From Macrostomum lignano (lineage: Eukaryota): DNA of 64,000 bases. This document shows, one piece after another, positions 60,801-64,000 of this stretch; the first letter of the stretch is position 1; each line of letters begins with the position of its first letter. Under the pieces are notes generated by a model, which saw only the letters and a list, made by a program, of their open reading frames with translations, was not told where the DNA came from and searched no databases. Both the position numbers and the translations under genes were made by a program. The stretch lies in contig NIVC01000576.1 of the NCBI GenBank assembly GCA_002269645.1, positions 1 to 64,000 on the forward strand. Direction: 5' to 3'.

Positions 60801-61635
60801 CTACATCTTTATCTTTAAATCTATCGCCGAAGTGTTCTGATTTCATCTCCCATGTTTTTTTTTACTTTTGACTATTCAATACGAGAATTTAATCGGCGTC
60901 TATTGGAGTCAGTTAATTAAGAACCAACAGCATTTTCATGTAGCGAGTCTTGTGATGAATCGTAATAAGAAAACTGTTAATTTATGACTGATACTGATAC
61001 ATTGTTTGTGGGATGGTCGTGTGCAATCAAAATCAAATTTTAAGTCCCATAACAGATCATAATAAGCGCTAACTTCTGCTGTCAAAATTGCTCATAATGT
61101 TAATTTGATTTATGTTAATAGCGTAATATATTTAAACTGTTTATGCTGGTTATTTTATTGTTTCGATGTAACGTCTGTAGTTATATTTTTTGTTAAAAGT
61201 TTTGCTCAATTTAAGCGAATGGAAATTTCATTCATTGAATATTATATAATATTAGTGTTAATATTTGGAGTAATAATACAATCAATTATTACTTACTTAC
61301 GTAATTACTTAATCAATGTGTCATAAAAAATTTTTACGTCACCTGCTTTTGTCCTTAGGCCTACGAGTATAATCTAACGCGTTGAAATGAATGAATTGTC
61401 TTCCGATAGGCGATATTGAGCAACTGCTGTTAATACAAATTCACTTCATTTGTTATCTTGTTGTCCTATGTTAGTGAATCAATTTCGCTTTAATGTACTT
61501 TTATCACCCATTTGAATGTTAGATACAAGGCAAACTAAGTTTGTCACTTGCAATTCAAATTGTGAAAAAGTAGAACATTTTTCTGTTGTTTGTCTACGGA
61601 CAAAACTCAAGCCTAGGGTGCAGGTCCAATCTAGC

Positions 61636-62567
61636 TCAGCCAATGAGAGAGCATGCAGTAAGGAGAGAGTTCAAAGTCAGACGGACGAAACTCAGCCTGG
61701 GGCAGGCCCAATCTCGCTCAGCCAATGAGAGAGCAGTAAGGAGAGAGTTCAAAGTCAGACGGACGAAACTCAGCCTGGGGCAGGCCCAATCTCGCTCAGC
61801 CAATGAGAGAGCAGTAAGAAGAGAGGTAAATGTCAGACGGACGAAACTCAGCCTGGGCAGGCCCAATCTCGCTCAGCCAATGAGAGAGCAGTAAGGAGAG
61901 AGTTCAAAGTCAGACGGACGAAACTCAGCCTGGGGCAGGCCCAATCTCGCTCAGCCAATGAGAGAGCAGTAAGGAGAGAGTTCAAAGTCAGACGGACGAA
62001 ACTCAGCCTGGGGCAGGCCCAATCTCGCTCAGCCAATGAGAGAGCAGTAAGGAGAGAGTTCAAAGTCAGACGGACGAAACTCAGCCTGGGGCAGGCCCAA
62101 TCTCGCTCAGCCAATGAGAGAGCAGTAAGGAGAGAGTTCAAAGTCAGACGGACGAAACTCAGCCTGGGGCAGGCCCAATCTCGCTCAGCCAATGAGAGAG
62201 CAGTAAGAAGAGAGGTAAATGTCAGACGGACGAAACTCAGCCTGGGCAGGCCCAATCTCGCTCAGCCAATGAGAGAGCAGTAAGGAGAGAGTTCAAAGTC
62301 AGACGGACGAAACTCAGCCTGGGGCAGGCCCAATCTCGCTCAGCCAATGAGAGAGCAGTAAGGAGAGAGTTCAAAGTCAGACGGACGAAACTCAGCCTGG
62401 GGCAGGCCCAATCTCGCTCAGCCAATGAGAGAGCAGTAAGGAGAGAGTTCAAAGTCAGACGGACGAAACTCAGCCTGGGGCAGGCCCAATCTCGCTCAGC
62501 CAATGAGAGAGCAGTAAGGAGAGAGTTCAAAGTCAGACGGACGAAACTCAGCCTGGGGCAGTCCCAA
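61636..62567. repeat. 78-bp minisatellite
   Basis: About 12 near-identical units of GAGAGAGCAGTAAGGAGAGAGTTCAAAGTCAGACGGACGAAACTCAGCCTGGGGCAGGCCCAATCTCGCTCAGCCAAT. Confidence 0.96.
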
Positions 62568-62879
62568 TCTACGAGCTATATAAATAAATAAAGGCATACA
62601 GAAGGCTAATTTTTCTACTGAAAGAGTACATAAGCGCACAACTTTAATAAATAATCTCGATTTAGTCACCGCTCATTTCATGAAAACTATCAAGTGTATT
62701 TATTGCTCAATTGACTGACAGGACAGCTGATGCTCAAATATAAATTCTGTTCTTGTTTGTTTTTAAAAAAAGTTTTAGCTTTGATGCTAATCATGAAAAA
62801 TAAAATATTTTGTATTTTACTTGATATACAAAAAAATAAAAAGCAGGTGCCTACGCCTAATAGACAAGGCTACAGACGA

Positions 62880-64000
62880 GGTTACCCAGTTAAGGCTACC
62901 CAATAAAATTTACCCAGCAAACACTGGACAAGGTACCCAATGGACAAATACCCAATGGCCAAGATTACCCAGTTAAGGCTACCCAATAAAATTTACCCAG
63001 CAAACACTCGACAAGGTACCCAATGGACAAATACCCAATGGACAAGATTACCCAATTAACAATGTCACCCAATGCCAATAGACAATATTATCCAATGGAC
63101 AAGGTACCCAATAGACAAGGATGGTCAAGATTACCGACAAGGTTACCCAATGGACAAGGATACCCAATGGACAACGTCACCCAATGGAAAAGATTACCCA
63201 ATGGACAATGTTACTCAATGGACAATGTCACCCAATAGACCAGGTACCCAATAGACAAGGTTACCCAATGGACAAGATTACCCAATGGACAAGATTACCC
63301 AATGGACAAGATTACCCAATGGACAAGATTACCCAATGGACAAGGATACCCAATGGACAAGATTACCCAATGGACAAGGATACCCAATGGACAATGTTAC
63401 CCAATGCACAATGATACCCAATGGACAAGATTACCCAATGGACAAGATTACCCAATTAACAATGTCACCCCATGCCAATAGACAATATTATCCAATGGAC
63501 AAGGTACCCAATGGACAAGGATACCCAATGGACAATGTCACCCAATGGAAAAGATTACCCATTGGACAATGTTACTCAATGGACAATGTTATCAATGGAC
63601 AATGTCACCCAATAGACCAGGTACCCAATAGACAAGGTTACCCAATTGACAAGATTACCCAATGGACAAGATTACCCAATGGACAAGGATACCCAATGGA
63701 CAAGGATACTCAATAGACAAGGATACCCAATGGACAAGGATACCCAATGGACAAGGATACCCAATGGACAAGGTTACCCAGTGGACAAGGTTACCCAATG
63801 GACAAGATTACCCAATGGACAAGATTACCCAATGGACAAGATTACCCAATGGACAATGATACCCAATGGACAAGGTTACCCAATGGACAATGATACCCAA
63901 TGGACAGGGTTACCCAATGGACAAGGTTACCCAATGGACAATGATACCCAATGGACAAGGATACCCAATGGACAATGTCACCCAATGGAAAAGATTACCC
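62880..64000. repeat. Degenerate 17-bp satellite running off the window end
   Basis: Unit TTACCCAATGGACAAGA with variants. Confidence 0.93.

Noticed and set aside
61636-62567. 78-bp array as CRISPR or repeat-protein gene
   Set aside because: The units are near-identical without spacers, and there is no supporting gene structure.
62880-64000. MDKITQWTRLPNGQDYP-repeat ORFs
   Set aside because: Translations of the 17-bp satellite appearing in multiple frames.

Overview
Eukaryotic (animal) genomic DNA: spliceosomal GT-AG introns, SINE/LINE/Gypsy/DNA transposons and many minisatellites. The style resembles a free-living flatworm such as Macrostomum, but that is inference. Bases 1-13393 form a near-perfect inverted repeat with a scrambled centre, possibly a long-read fold-back artefact. 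The arms hold an IFI27/ISG12-like gene copy, a tRNA-derived SINE, a THAP remnant, and a nested stack of transposons (Gypsy > TA-flanked TIR element > MITE > RNase H-bearing LINE). Next come an intact two-exon IFI27-like gene, three SLC26 anion-transporter sequences (a pseudogene fragment, an intronless STAS-less ORF and a 4-exon full gene), UBA52, an orphan ORF and a CpG-depleted zone of eroded transposons. A tight same-strand cluster of SPT4, GDPGP1 and EXD1 follows and looks like a trans-spliced operon. EXD1 intron 3 contains a mariner-like element in which a 22-bp unit of the left terminal repeat has expanded into a 3.8-kb satellite, with two MITEs nested in the right terminal repeat. Nearly every intron and intergenic gap has its own minisatellite. 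Gene names come from recalled motif similarity; no database searches were run.
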